NCBI GenBank assembly: GCA_000004985.1
Contig: GG738901.1
Strand: one strand, 5' to 3'
Source: Naegleria gruberi
Taxonomy: Eukaryota
DNA: 64,000 nt
Below the pieces are notes generated by a model. That model was not told where the DNA came from, ran no database searches, and was given only the letters and a program-made list of their open reading frames with translations. Position 1 is the first letter of the stretch; each line of letters opens with the position of its first letter. This document shows, piece after piece, positions 33,240 to 43,740 of this stretch. The translations under genes and the position numbers were made by a program.

Positions 33240-36200
33240 ATGAAGGACGAAGAGATGGTGGAGAATAATCAATCTACTGTTAATGAAGATGGAATCAAGA
33301 CATCATCTGAAGCTAAACCAACACAATTTAACCACTCCTCACATCATCAAAGGCCTCATCATATTAACAAGGGTCTCGGAGAAGAACAACAATACAAATT
33401 TCCTTCATCTATTACACCACTTTCACTGGCCAATATTCATGCCAATGCATCGACTAACTTACTGCTAACTTCATCAACATTATTTAATTCTTCAAGTGAA
33501 TCACATGGTGGTGGAACCATTTCGAGAAGCTCCTCCAATACTTCAATGGATAGCTCCTCCTATTCACTCTTGAATAATCACCATCATCTAACCACATCTT
33601 CCTCACCCTCTGATGGTTTTCACTCAACTCTAAAATCCCTAGAAAATGTTCTCCCTCCATTCTTTACTCCATGCGTGCCACCTCATGCATCATTCAATTA
33701 CTATTCAGAACATTATTGGGGAGAACATCCCTTATCACTAACCTCCTTCTCTCCAATTCTTCATTATGAAAAGAAGTCATCTCTAACGATTATTTGTCGA
33801 TACACACCACAACAAACTAGGAATTCTCCAAGAAGGGAGAGACCTTCCTCTCAAAAAGAATTAATAGAGAATGAGATTTATTGTCTGAAAGTTTCACTGG
33901 ACAAACCATCCATTCCAAAGCTGGAAAGGGATGCAGAAATTTCTCGATTCTTGACCAATGAATTTTCTCAAGTGTTGGATCCAGCACAACAGGTTATTGT
34001 CAGTACTAAGGCCTATTTGTCTGATTATTTTATTCTCGTGAGGGAGTTTATTGATTGTGTTTCGTTGAGATCATTTATTGATAGATCGAAAACATATGCT
34101 AGAGCAGAACCAATTACTGATGAGAATTTTGAAACCTTAACAGATGATACTGTAACACTTCTCAATGAAGAACAACGAGTGAAAGAAAACATTACAATAT
34201 TGGAAAGTAATTTAACACTTGCTATTTCTATTTGTATGAGTGTTGCTCAACTGCATCACTCAAGAGTTTGTCATGCTGACATTAGGCCAGAAAATATAAT
34301 TGTAGAAGGACCTAAATGCAATATAAGATTGATTGATTTTGGAAAGAGTACATTCCTCCCTTTGGAGCATCCATTTTTATATACCGATAAAATTATTGGT
34401 AGTCAAATGTATTGTGCTCCAGAGGCAACAGGAAAGATTCCAAAACCAATAGGTTTCCACACTGATATATATTCACTTGGATTTGTTCTCTTTGAGTTAT
34501 TTTCCAAAGAACATCCATTTACCAAGTTTAGGACATTAGATTTCGTATTTCAACATTTGACTCAACAGCCAGAGTCCTTGTTTCAAAATCTAGCGAGAAG
34601 GTCTTTTATATCAGCCAATGAAGGAAACCTATTCACAGCTGCTACTAAAGCAATTTCAAGACTAATTACCAAAGCAATTCAAAAATCTATTGAGAAACGT
34701 TATTTGAGTATTTTTGGATTGAAACGAGATTTGGTCTACATACAGAATGCTATTCAACTAGAAGATATGGAAGCTCTTGAAAATTTTCAAGCTGGTATGA
34801 ATGATGTTCAAACAACTTTATCCATACCTTATGGTGTATATGGTAGAGAGGAAATTTTCAAAAAATTGGAACTGAAACTTGAAAATATGATGGAATCTAG
34901 TGAGCCAACGATTGTCCTTCTGGGGGGCTATAGTGGCATAGGTAAATCATGTATTGTTAAGGAGTTTAGGACAAGAAGTAAAACAGCAATACAATTCTTT
35001 GAGGCAAAATACGATCAACATATGAATGTACCTTACTATGCCATTATTTCCATATGTAAACAAATTATTGGCGACGTTCTTGGAGAATCTGAATCAGTGA
35101 TTAAGGATTTCAGATTCCAACTTGGTACACTTATCAATTCAGATCAATTAGAAATGTTGAGTGATGCAATTCCTGACATGTCATATTTATTTACAACTAA
35201 TGCAACCAAAAAGCATACCTCCCCATCAATGGGAGATCAGAATGGAGAGCGTATGAAGCTCTTTTCACAAGGAAGTAAGTAATATTTTGAATTTAACATT
35301 ATAACAATATTATATTGCTCAGTTATTCATCTCTTTAGTGTTTATACTCATTTAAAGAAAAAGAGGTTATGCATTTTCTTGGATGACTTGCAATGGACTG
35401 ATTTTGATAGCATGAAGCTATTGAAGGAAATTCTTGGAACTGGTTCTTGTGATACTGTTCCTCTTTTAATTATTGGAGCATATAGAAATAACGAAGTGGG
35501 AAAGGACCATCCTCTATTTTACTTTTTAGAAAATCTCAAACTTAAAGTGAACATTGAAGAAATTGAAGTTGTTGAGTTGACAGAAGATCAATCTAACATG
35601 ATTGTCTCAGAGTCTTTAAGGAAAAATAGAGCTGAAACAGAAGAACTAACCAAAATACTCTTCTCTAGGACGAATGGAAACCCCTTCTTTTTAAAGCAGT
35701 TATTGGCTGGTTTATTTAAGGACGGATCTATTTATTTCGATACTCAAACAGATACTATTACATGGGATAAAAAGAAAATAGAAAATGCAGAATACTCTGA
35801 AAATGTTATTGACTATCTCCTTGGACATTTGGAAAAATTACCAAAACAAACACAAGATATTCTTGCATTTGCTTCTTGCTTTGGAAATAAGTTTTCCAAT
35901 GAAGACATGCTCCACCTACTCAATCAGCAACAAGAAGAAAAGATAGACTTGATGCAACTTAAAGAAAGATTGAACTATGCGGTGAAGGAGGGATGGATTT
36001 CAAATATCAATTCTGGTAATTTACGATTTAATCATGATAGACTCCAACAAGCTGCTTATGAATCACTGCCTTTGAATGAAAGGTTGAGAATTCACTATAC
36101 CTATGGTAAGCAGCTTCTCAAAAAAGCAGAAGAAGATGATTCTTTGGAGGAACGTTTATTTGATATAGTTGTACAGTTAAATCACAAACATAATGATCCT

Positions 36201-39200
36201 GCTTTCTTGGAGAATAGAGATGAGAGAAGATTACTCATTGACCTCAATAATAGAGCTGCAAAGAAGGCTTTGGAAACATCATCTACAGATAAAGCCATTG
36301 GCTTTGTTTATATTGCAAGGCAAATTCTAGAACACGAACCAGACTGTTGGAGTGAAGAAACTTATAAGTTGGCTTTTGAGAGTTTACTAATTGTTGGTAA
36401 TTGTAACTATTCTGTAAATATAGAATTGGCAACCTCTCTATTCATGGAAGCTATTCAAAAAGCTCAAAACAAGACAGATCTTTATGAGGCATGCAACCAT
36501 GGATTGATGGCCTATCTTTCACAAGGAAAATATGAAGATGTGTTTAAAATTTTGACTGATCATGTATTTACTACATATGAAGAGTTGAATTTCCTTACTC
36601 AGGAGCATACTGTTGAATCCTTGACAACATGGATACTTAACAAGATGAAATACATGAAAGAACATGTGCTCGTTAATTTTACTCAAAAATCTGACATTCT
36701 CAATTTGCCAGATATTGATGATTTGGAAAAGTGGCATCTTATTTGTTTGCTCACTCAATCCTGTCCTGCTGTTTTTCATATGAATAACTCACTCAGCAAA
36801 CACTACTTTATGATTATGATATTAATATCGTCTGATATAGTTTTAAATAATGGCATTACTCCTCTTTCCCCATTGTTAATTTCAGTCTTTGCATGGTCTT
36901 GGTGTAATTTTGAGTTTTATCCTCAGATGAACATGTTCTTAGAGGCAGGATTAGAGATGGAAAAGACTAGATTCAGGAATGAGCATGAATTGGCAAGTTG
37001 CACATTGATGAAGTTGATGAGTTATTACTTTTCGCCAACAATTAACCCTCTTGAGGTGTGGAATATATCCGAGGAAGCCTTCTTATTGTCTGTGAAATCA
37101 AAGAACAAACACTATGGCGGTTTCTCTATTCTGTGGTATCCATTCCATCACTTATTCTATAGCCACGGAGATGTAAAGACTTCTATTGGATTGAGCTTGA
37201 ATTCAATTGAGATTTTCAAGAGAAATGGAAATGTTATGTTGATGGATGCCAGTAAAATGATACTGGAATTGAAATATGTTCTTTCAGGAGATGTAGACCA
37301 TTACCTGCCAACGTATGTAAGCCAAGTGAAGGAATATCCATTCTTTAGACAAATGCACTACTCGTTCAAGGGAATTTCACTCTATTTCCAAAATGATATT
37401 GAAAAATCTTTCAAGTGTATGGAAAAATCGTATGATTTTAGAGAAGACTCTGTTGGTATGTGTTCAAGCTGGATTGATTTAATCTTCCTAGGTTTAATCT
37501 CAGCTATCTTTTTGAGAAGTGCTCAAGAAAAGATTGAAAAAGCCCAAGAAATACTGAAATATTCTATAGAAAGATTGGAAATGATTTCCCAAGCTAATTC
37601 TTCTGTTTTTCTTGCTCCTTTGGAGTTCATAAGAGCCGAGACATTGTACTCAGAATATTGTAGAACAGGTGTCGAAAATACTAGAAAAATCATTTCTCAC
37701 TACAGAAAGAGTTATATTATGGCTGAAAAGGAAAGAAACACCTTTTTAGCTAGGCTGATTAATTTGAGAACAGGAGAGTTTTACAACAGTCTAGGTATGG
37801 ATGATGGTATTAGTGGAAACTACTTCCTTAGAGCTATGGAATCTTTTGAACAGTTTGGTGCTTCCATCGTTGTTGATTATATTTTGGAGAATTATTCAGG
37901 TCACATCGATGGCTATTCATCATTTAGTAATAGAAATCCTGAACAAGTATTCTCTAACACTTCTCTATCTGATGAAACAACAGATCACTCTCTTGCTGGA
38001 GTAACAAAGAGCAGAATTTCTGAATCAACAGAATTGGATTTTAGAGAGATTTTCATTTCAATTCTGCCAATTCTTTCAGAACAAACGTTATCACCAAGAT
38101 GTTGTTTGATTTTGAAGAGAGATTCAACAGTTTATGTAGATGCCGAATTTAATGCAGACCTGAATTCTATTGAAGCACTTTCGTCTACCAAACAATTCGA
38201 AAATAGTGATTTGGACAAATTTTCAGATTTATTCCCTCTCAAGATGATTCACAGAACTCTAAGATCCAGAACAGAGCAACAACTCGTATGGAATGACAAT
38301 GAGAAAGAGTATTACTTTGTGAAGAATGTAGTGGCCTCTGCTTTATCTATTCCTATCATGAAGAAAAAGACAGTCATAGGTATGCTTTTTATTATTATTT
38401 TATTTATATTATTTAATGTATTAAGGTTGTATATACTTGGAAAATAAGGAAACGAAGGATGTATTCACAACTGAAAAAATTAACCTTGCCAAACTTATCA
38501 TCTCGATCAGTTTGGACAATGCTGGAATTTTCACATCTATTAACAAATCCTATGCTAGGTTTTTACCTGCTGAATTCTTAAAGTTGCTTGGAAAGAGTCA
38601 CGTAACTAAGGTAAGGTTGGGCGATGCAGTTTCTAGAGAAATGACAGTGCTCTTCAGTGATATTTATGGATTTACAGAGATTATGGAGGGACTTTCTGCA
38701 AAGGATGGCTTTGCTTTTATTAATCTACTATTGAAGAGTATTGCACCTCCAATTTCAAGAAACTCTGGATTTATTGACAAGTTTGTTGGTGATGGAATAT
38801 TGGCATTGTTTATTGAACCGCAAGGAGCTGTCACTGCAGCTTTAGAAATGATTTCAGAATTGGAAGTTTTCAATAGTAGAAATAATACCAATGTAAAGTT
38901 GGGAGTTGGTTTGCATCATGGTATTGTTCAACTTGGTACGATTGGATATGAGCAACGATTGGATGCTACTGTTATTTCAGATACTGTGAACACAGCTAGC
39001 AGATGTGAATCTCTCACAAGAACTTTTCATTCACATATTCTAGTTACTAAACCAGTTATGGATGCTGTTACAGTGCCACACAGTGTGATAAGTACCGAGT
39101 TGGGTAAATTCATGCTGAAAGGAAAACACATACCTCATCAAATTTACAATATCGCTTCTAAATCATGGAAAGGAAGTGGTAGTGCTAAAGAATTCGCTTT

Positions 39201-39423
39201 ACTAAGCAAAGTTATTGATCTCTTCTCCAGGAGTGAATTTACCGAATCATTTGCCCTCGCAGAAACAATTCTCAAGAATACAAAGAACAATACCATTATA
39301 GCTGCATGCAACATGTATAAGGAAGCATCAACATTATACGGATCAGTTGTTTTACCAAGTGAATGGCAAGGTGAAATTCGGTTGACCAAGGATGGAGAAG
39401 TCAGAGAGTACTTTTCAAAATAA
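33240..39423 (+). CDS. Large multidomain signalling protein (about 2029 aa) with a Ser/Thr protein kinase domain, a STAND/AAA-type P-loop NTPase, a long helical (TPR-like) region, and a class III adenylyl cyclase catalytic domain. Three exons, join(33240..35274,35323..38379,38426..39423).
   Basis: Three consecutive plus-strand ORFs must be joined. The kinase motifs are CLKV (VAIK Lys), HADIRPEN (non-RD catalytic loop), DFG and APE. The Walker A motif (GGYSGIGKSCIVKEF) sits at the end of ORF 1. The matching Walker B motif (LCIFLDDLQWTDFD) sits at the start of ORF 2. A 48-nt GTAAGT...CTCAG intron removes the intervening TAA. ORF 2 and ORF 3 are joined by a 46-nt GTATGC...TTAAG intron. The cyclase has metal-binding Asp in FSDIYGFT and KFVGDG. 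Its purine-specificity Lys/Asp pattern points to adenylyl cyclase, and it ends in GVGLHHGIVQLGTIGYEQRLDATVISDTVNTASR. The total length is divisible by 3. Confidence 0.75.
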
Positions 39424-39582
39424 ATGAGAGATTTCAGATAAATGAAAATTAATTTTCAACAAGCAATCCATCAAACCATTCAGAATCCAATTTAAATATA
39501 AATGGAAATTATCACATTGTACAACAATTAGCATATTAGTCACCTCATCCCAATAAATCACAACAAACCAAATTGAAAAAAA

Positions 39583-42039
39583 ATGAAAAAACGACATTCA
39601 ACCTTTTCCACCACAATCAATCATCGAGATTTGATTAAATCATCTAATTTTAATTCATTATCTACTAGTAATATTCAATCATCATCATCACCAATATTGA
39701 GCACTACTTCTAGAAAAGGCTTCCGAGAACGACCACTCATCAAATTCATATTAAAACAACGTTCCAAACGATTGCAACAACAAGGCTCTAGTGAGTTTGC
39801 TGGTGCGGAAGTGGAAATTTTGAAGGCTTGTTGGAGAAAAATAGAGGAAGAGGAGATGAAGGACTATCGAGAAAATCTCTCGAATCGATTGGGGTTTTAT
39901 TTTGATGATGAGGAATTGTTGGCCATGTTCGGAAATCAATTGATGAAGGATGAAGAGGAACTACAGCAGAGGACGACAATGGATACTACCAACACTGAAC
40001 CAAGTTCGGCTGGTGGTGCTACTCTTGACAATTCTTCACTGAAGAGTGGTGACAGTGCTCGTTCATTGACAAGTTTCGGATCTGACTCGAAACTAAATTC
40101 GCCAATTAGTCCCAACCTCGACAAGAAGCATTTGCAGTCAACTTCATCGACCAAAAGCTCCACTTCATTTGCATCCTTCTCTGGTGCACCATCATCACTC
40201 ACACCAAGCCCAAACATTGAGGAGAACAAAAATCTTTCCTACCTCTACGATATTCATACTTTTCCTAGCAAGCTGAATCTGATACCAACCATGCATTATA
40301 ATGTGTTGGATGTTGTTGAGTTGTCCTCTGTACAGCAAATTGTAAATATAACAAGTCCTTCTTCGGAGATTGGGATACTTAAAGATTGTACAAATGATTC
40401 TTCTCCTACTGTAAATATTGAATCAACCACTTTTAGTCTCGAGATTTTAGATAGTTTTATTACTGTTGATTCTTTTGAAGATTTTTCAAATCCTTCATAT
40501 AATCCACTCAATATTAGACATTTATATTGTGATTATTGGTCCAACAAACTAGAATTCAAACAAAGGATCAGTAAATCTTCTCTTACTTCAAACAATAAGA
40601 AGGAAAATGAAAAATCAAAAAACTATATACCATTTGAAGAATTGGAAAAATGTAGAAATTGTACAGAACTCAAATTGAACAATAACAAGATTAGATCTCT
40701 AGATTCTAAACATTTTACCAATTTTGCACACTTGACAGAATTGAATCTATCTTCGAATAGAATGTCTAAAGCAAGACTGCCTGAGGATATTTTCTCACAT
40801 ATGCCACATTTGCAGAGGCTTTCTCTCGATTATATGGGTCTTAAGACTCTACCAAAATCAATTAACAAATTGGTAGAGCTTACCTACCTTTCACTTTCCT
40901 TTAACAAATTGAACACTTTCAACTTGCTACATGGAAAAGACAGACACTTGAATGATTTTTGGCCAAAATTGACCAATTTGGAGTACTTGAATTTGTCTGG
41001 AAATAGATTGAATAGATTTCCTTCAGAAATTTGTAATTGCAAATCATTGGAATTTTTGAGTTTGTCCAACAATAGAATAATTAACGAGATACCAAAGGAA
41101 ATTGAAAATCTCAAAAAATTAGCAATACTCTTCTTGAATGGAAACAAAGTTACTGCTCTTGATATTAATAGAAATTTGGAATTTTTAGAGAATTTGACCC
41201 ATTTGGAATTGGGTCACAATCCTAATATCCATGTGGTTCCACCTCCTGTTTACAATTTAACCAAATTAGAATCACTCTGTTTGAGCCATCTAACCATTAG
41301 TCATTTATCGGATGATATTGGAAAATTAAGAAATTTGACTCACTTGGATTTGTATGGCTCCAAACTAACTGGTCTTCCAAAGGGTATTTCACAGCTTATC
41401 AACCTTAGGAATTTGGATATGCGATATTGCAGAGGTATCAAGGAGTTCCCTATTGAATTGTTTGGTCAAAAAGTTTCAAGTAGCACTATCACTACTACCT
41501 CTCCAATGAAATCCCTTACTAGATTGAGTCTTAGCTATACAATGATAGAGAGCATTCCTGAGGATATTTCCTCTCTCCAGAGTTTACAAGCACTTTTGGT
41601 GAATGACTGTCCCTTGCTCGAAGAAATTAAGGGTATTGACAAGCTTGTCAATCTTGTAGAGTTTGACATCAGTCGTTGCATCTCCCTTGTTGAGCCTCCT
41701 TCTGATGTGTGTGAGAGAGGTCTTGCCCACATTAGAGGATATCTGAAAGAAAAGGACGATGGACCTTCTATTTTTTTAAAGTTTATTGGATCAGTATTTG
41801 GTGGAAATACCTCAAATAATTCCTCCACCAACAAGAAGAAACTACCTTCACCAATAGGCACAGAAAACAACCTCAAAGTGGAACACAATGAATTACTTGT
41901 TGCCTCACCAGTACCAAGCATTAATTCTGGAGATGATGATGGTGATAGTGATTCTGATGATGAGATTGGCGCATCTAAAAAGAAGAAACCAAGTCCAAGT
42001 GGCAGTACTGTCAAGTCATTATTTTCCTTTTGGAAATAA
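39583..42039 (+). CDS. Leucine-rich-repeat protein (818 aa) with a Ser-rich N-terminal region and about 16 SDS22/Shoc2-type LRRs.
   Basis: ATG at 39583. The LRR pattern repeats, for example LTELNLSSNRMSK, LQRLSLDYMGLKTLP, LTYLSLSFNKLNT and LEYLNLSGNRLNRFP. The C-terminus is acidic and Ser-rich. Confidence 0.8.
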   Translation: MKKRHSTFSTTINHRDLIKSSNFNSLSTSNIQSSSSPILSTTSRKGFRERPLIKFILKQRSKRLQQQGSSEFAGAEVEILKACWRKIEEEEMKDYRENLSNRLGFYFDDEELLAMFGNQLMKDEEELQQRTTMDTTNTEPSSAGGATLDNSSLKSGDSARSLTSFGSDSKLNSPISPNLDKKHLQSTSSTKSSTSFASFSGAPSSLTPSPNIEENKNLSYLYDIHTFPSKLNLIPTMHYNVLDVVELSSVQQIVNITSPSSEIGILKDCTNDSSPTVNIESTTFSLEILDSFITVDSFEDFSNPSYNPLNIRHLYCDYWSNKLEFKQRISKSSLTSNNKKENEKSKNYIPFEELEKCRNCTELKLNNNKIRSLDSKHFTNFAHLTELNLSSNRMSKARLPEDIFSHMPHLQRLSLDYMGLKTLPKSINKLVELTYLSLSFNKLNTFNLLHGKDRHLNDFWPKLTNLEYLNLSGNRLNRFPSEICNCKSLEFLSLSNNRIINEIPKEIENLKKLAILFLNGNKVTALDINRNLEFLENLTHLELGHNPNIHVVPPPVYNLTKLESLCLSHLTISHLSDDIGKLRNLTHLDLYGSKLTGLPKGISQLINLRNLDMRYCRGIKEFPIELFGQKVSSSTITTTSPMKSLTRLSLSYTMIESIPEDISSLQSLQALLVNDCPLLEEIKGIDKLVNLVEFDISRCISLVEPPSDVCERGLAHIRGYLKEKDDGPSIFLKFIGSVFGGNTSNNSSTNKKKLPSPIGTENNLKVEHNELLVASPVPSINSGDDDGDSDSDDEIGASKKKKPSPSGSTVKSLFSFWK

Positions 42040-42137
42040 AGTGTTGAGTAAATAAAAACTGATGAAACATTTAGACATCACCAAATATAATGTCGTTTTT
42101 TCCCGTAAATGAGAAATATTTGCATTAAGAACAAGAT

Positions 42138-42209
42138 TCCCGTGTAGTCCAATGGCTAGGATACCTGGCTTTCACCCAGGAGGTCCGGGTTCAATTCCCG
42201 GCATGGGAG
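42138..42209 (+). tRNA. tRNA-Glu(UUC).
   Basis: TCCCGTG-TA-GTCC-AATGGCTA-GGAT-A-CCTGG-CTTTCAC-CCAGG-AGGT-CCGGG-TTCAATT-CCCGG-CATGGGA-G forms a cloverleaf with all stems paired. The anticodon is TTC. A T6 run follows immediately (gaatcgttttttattttt). Confidence 0.9.
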
Positions 42210-42271
42210 AATCGTTTTTTATTTTTAAAAGTAATCTACAATGAAGTATTGTATTTTTTAAGCTTGATTCT

Positions 42272-43690
42272 TTATTCAGTACTTGGATTGTAAAATTCGT
42301 TAATGGAAGAGTGAGAAATAGATGCCACAAACTTTTCTTTGGTAATTTCATAGTACGACTCGACAGAATTATAATCTGCATCAGGATTTTTTGCTAGCAT
42401 GTTGGCATTGGTGATAAGATGATGCATTAGAGAGTCTTTCTCTATTAAATTGTCCTGAATCATTTTGTGAACCATTCCTGAACTGAAATAATTTGTTGAA
42501 TCCCATCTATTATGTGGTAACTGTGTTAAAATCTCTAAATAGAGAAGACCTCCAACAATATCCAATGTAAATATATTCTCCAACAATGACACATATTTCA
42601 CAGATAACCTTACCAGTTTTGGAAATCTGCTTCTAGTAATTCCTTGTAAAATATTCTTCTCTGCGGTATCATCTAAAAATTGAGGCATTTTGATTGTCAA
42701 ATCAATTACGTTTTGGAAAGAACAGTCCTCTAAAAATTTAACATTCGTCCAATCACTATCTCCACCTAAAATTAAGGATAGAAAAAGGACACTGTTTGGT
42801 ATTTGAAACTTTTCACTTTCCTCCTGTGATATTTCTATTGACATGGCAATAAATCTGTTTGAAAACAACAAATTATCTTTTGCATCTGAAGAGGAAACCA
42901 TCAATCCAATAGCATTGCTATTCAGAGTACTACTGAGAGATGTGAGTAAACCTAGGTTCATTAGTTGGCATTCCTCAAGAGTAGAAAACTCATTATAACT
43001 CGAATTTCTCTCACTATCAAAGTATGATATCATTTCCAATGATAAAATCAATGCCTTATGTAGAAACAACTCATAGCTGCCAAGGGAGAGGTTTTTCTCA
43101 ATCCTTTGCATCTTTTCATTGTCCACCATTAACTTGGCGAATCTATGATCAAATATCTCCTCAACATCCCAGTCGTAATATTCATTTTCCATTTGATTGA
43201 AATCTATTGTAAAACCATACGTGCTAAAAATGTTGTTTAATTCAACAATGTTGCGATATTCACTATTTACGCCCATTTCAGTTCTTTCAATCAACTTTTG
43301 TAAGTTAGCCATTTTCAACGTCTCTTCTTCATTAATATCACCCCTGGCGAGTTGAAGCCCACTATAAGAGTCATATCTTCTCAAATACAGAGTCATTTCA
43401 AATATGTTGGAAACTTTCAGCCAAAACTCTTGCATTTCCTCATCGTTTAATAATTGATCCCTAAGAGATTTAGAAACACAACAACAAACTGCATGAACTG
43501 CTCTTACCTGTGTCAATTTAATATACGAAAATAAGTATTGGTCGTAAAATCGAAAATAGACACACGGATACATTTTACCAAAGCGGCTGATAGGTCCTAG
43601 AAGATATTCAAAAATACTAAATTTCCACAGGTCTGTGGGAATATCCAACAAGGAAGAGTGTGGGTGATGGGGTTGTTGTGATGTGAACAT
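42272..43690 (-). CDS. F-box-like domain protein (472 aa) with an LRR-like C-terminal half.
   Basis: ATG at 43690. The N-terminal F-box-like motif is SLLDIPTDLWKFSIFEYLL. The C-terminal region has L-rich repeats. The ORF is long and uninterrupted. Confidence 0.6.
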   Translation of the reverse strand: MFTSQQPHHPHSSLLDIPTDLWKFSIFEYLLGPISRFGKMYPCVYFRFYDQYLFSYIKLTQVRAVHAVCCCVSKSLRDQLLNDEEMQEFWLKVSNIFEMTLYLRRYDSYSGLQLARGDINEEETLKMANLQKLIERTEMGVNSEYRNIVELNNIFSTYGFTIDFNQMENEYYDWDVEEIFDHRFAKLMVDNEKMQRIEKNLSLGSYELFLHKALILSLEMISYFDSERNSSYNEFSTLEECQLMNLGLLTSLSSTLNSNAIGLMVSSSDAKDNLLFSNRFIAMSIEISQEESEKFQIPNSVLFLSLILGGDSDWTNVKFLEDCSFQNVIDLTIKMPQFLDDTAEKNILQGITRSRFPKLVRLSVKYVSLLENIFTLDIVGGLLYLEILTQLPHNRWDSTNYFSSGMVHKMIQDNLIEKDSLMHHLITNANMLAKNPDADYNSVESYYEITKEKFVASISHSSINEFYNPSTE

Positions 43691-43740
43691 TTTTTTTTCA
43701 GTGTCGAACTAATCCAAAGTTCATATTTACAAAGGTGCAT

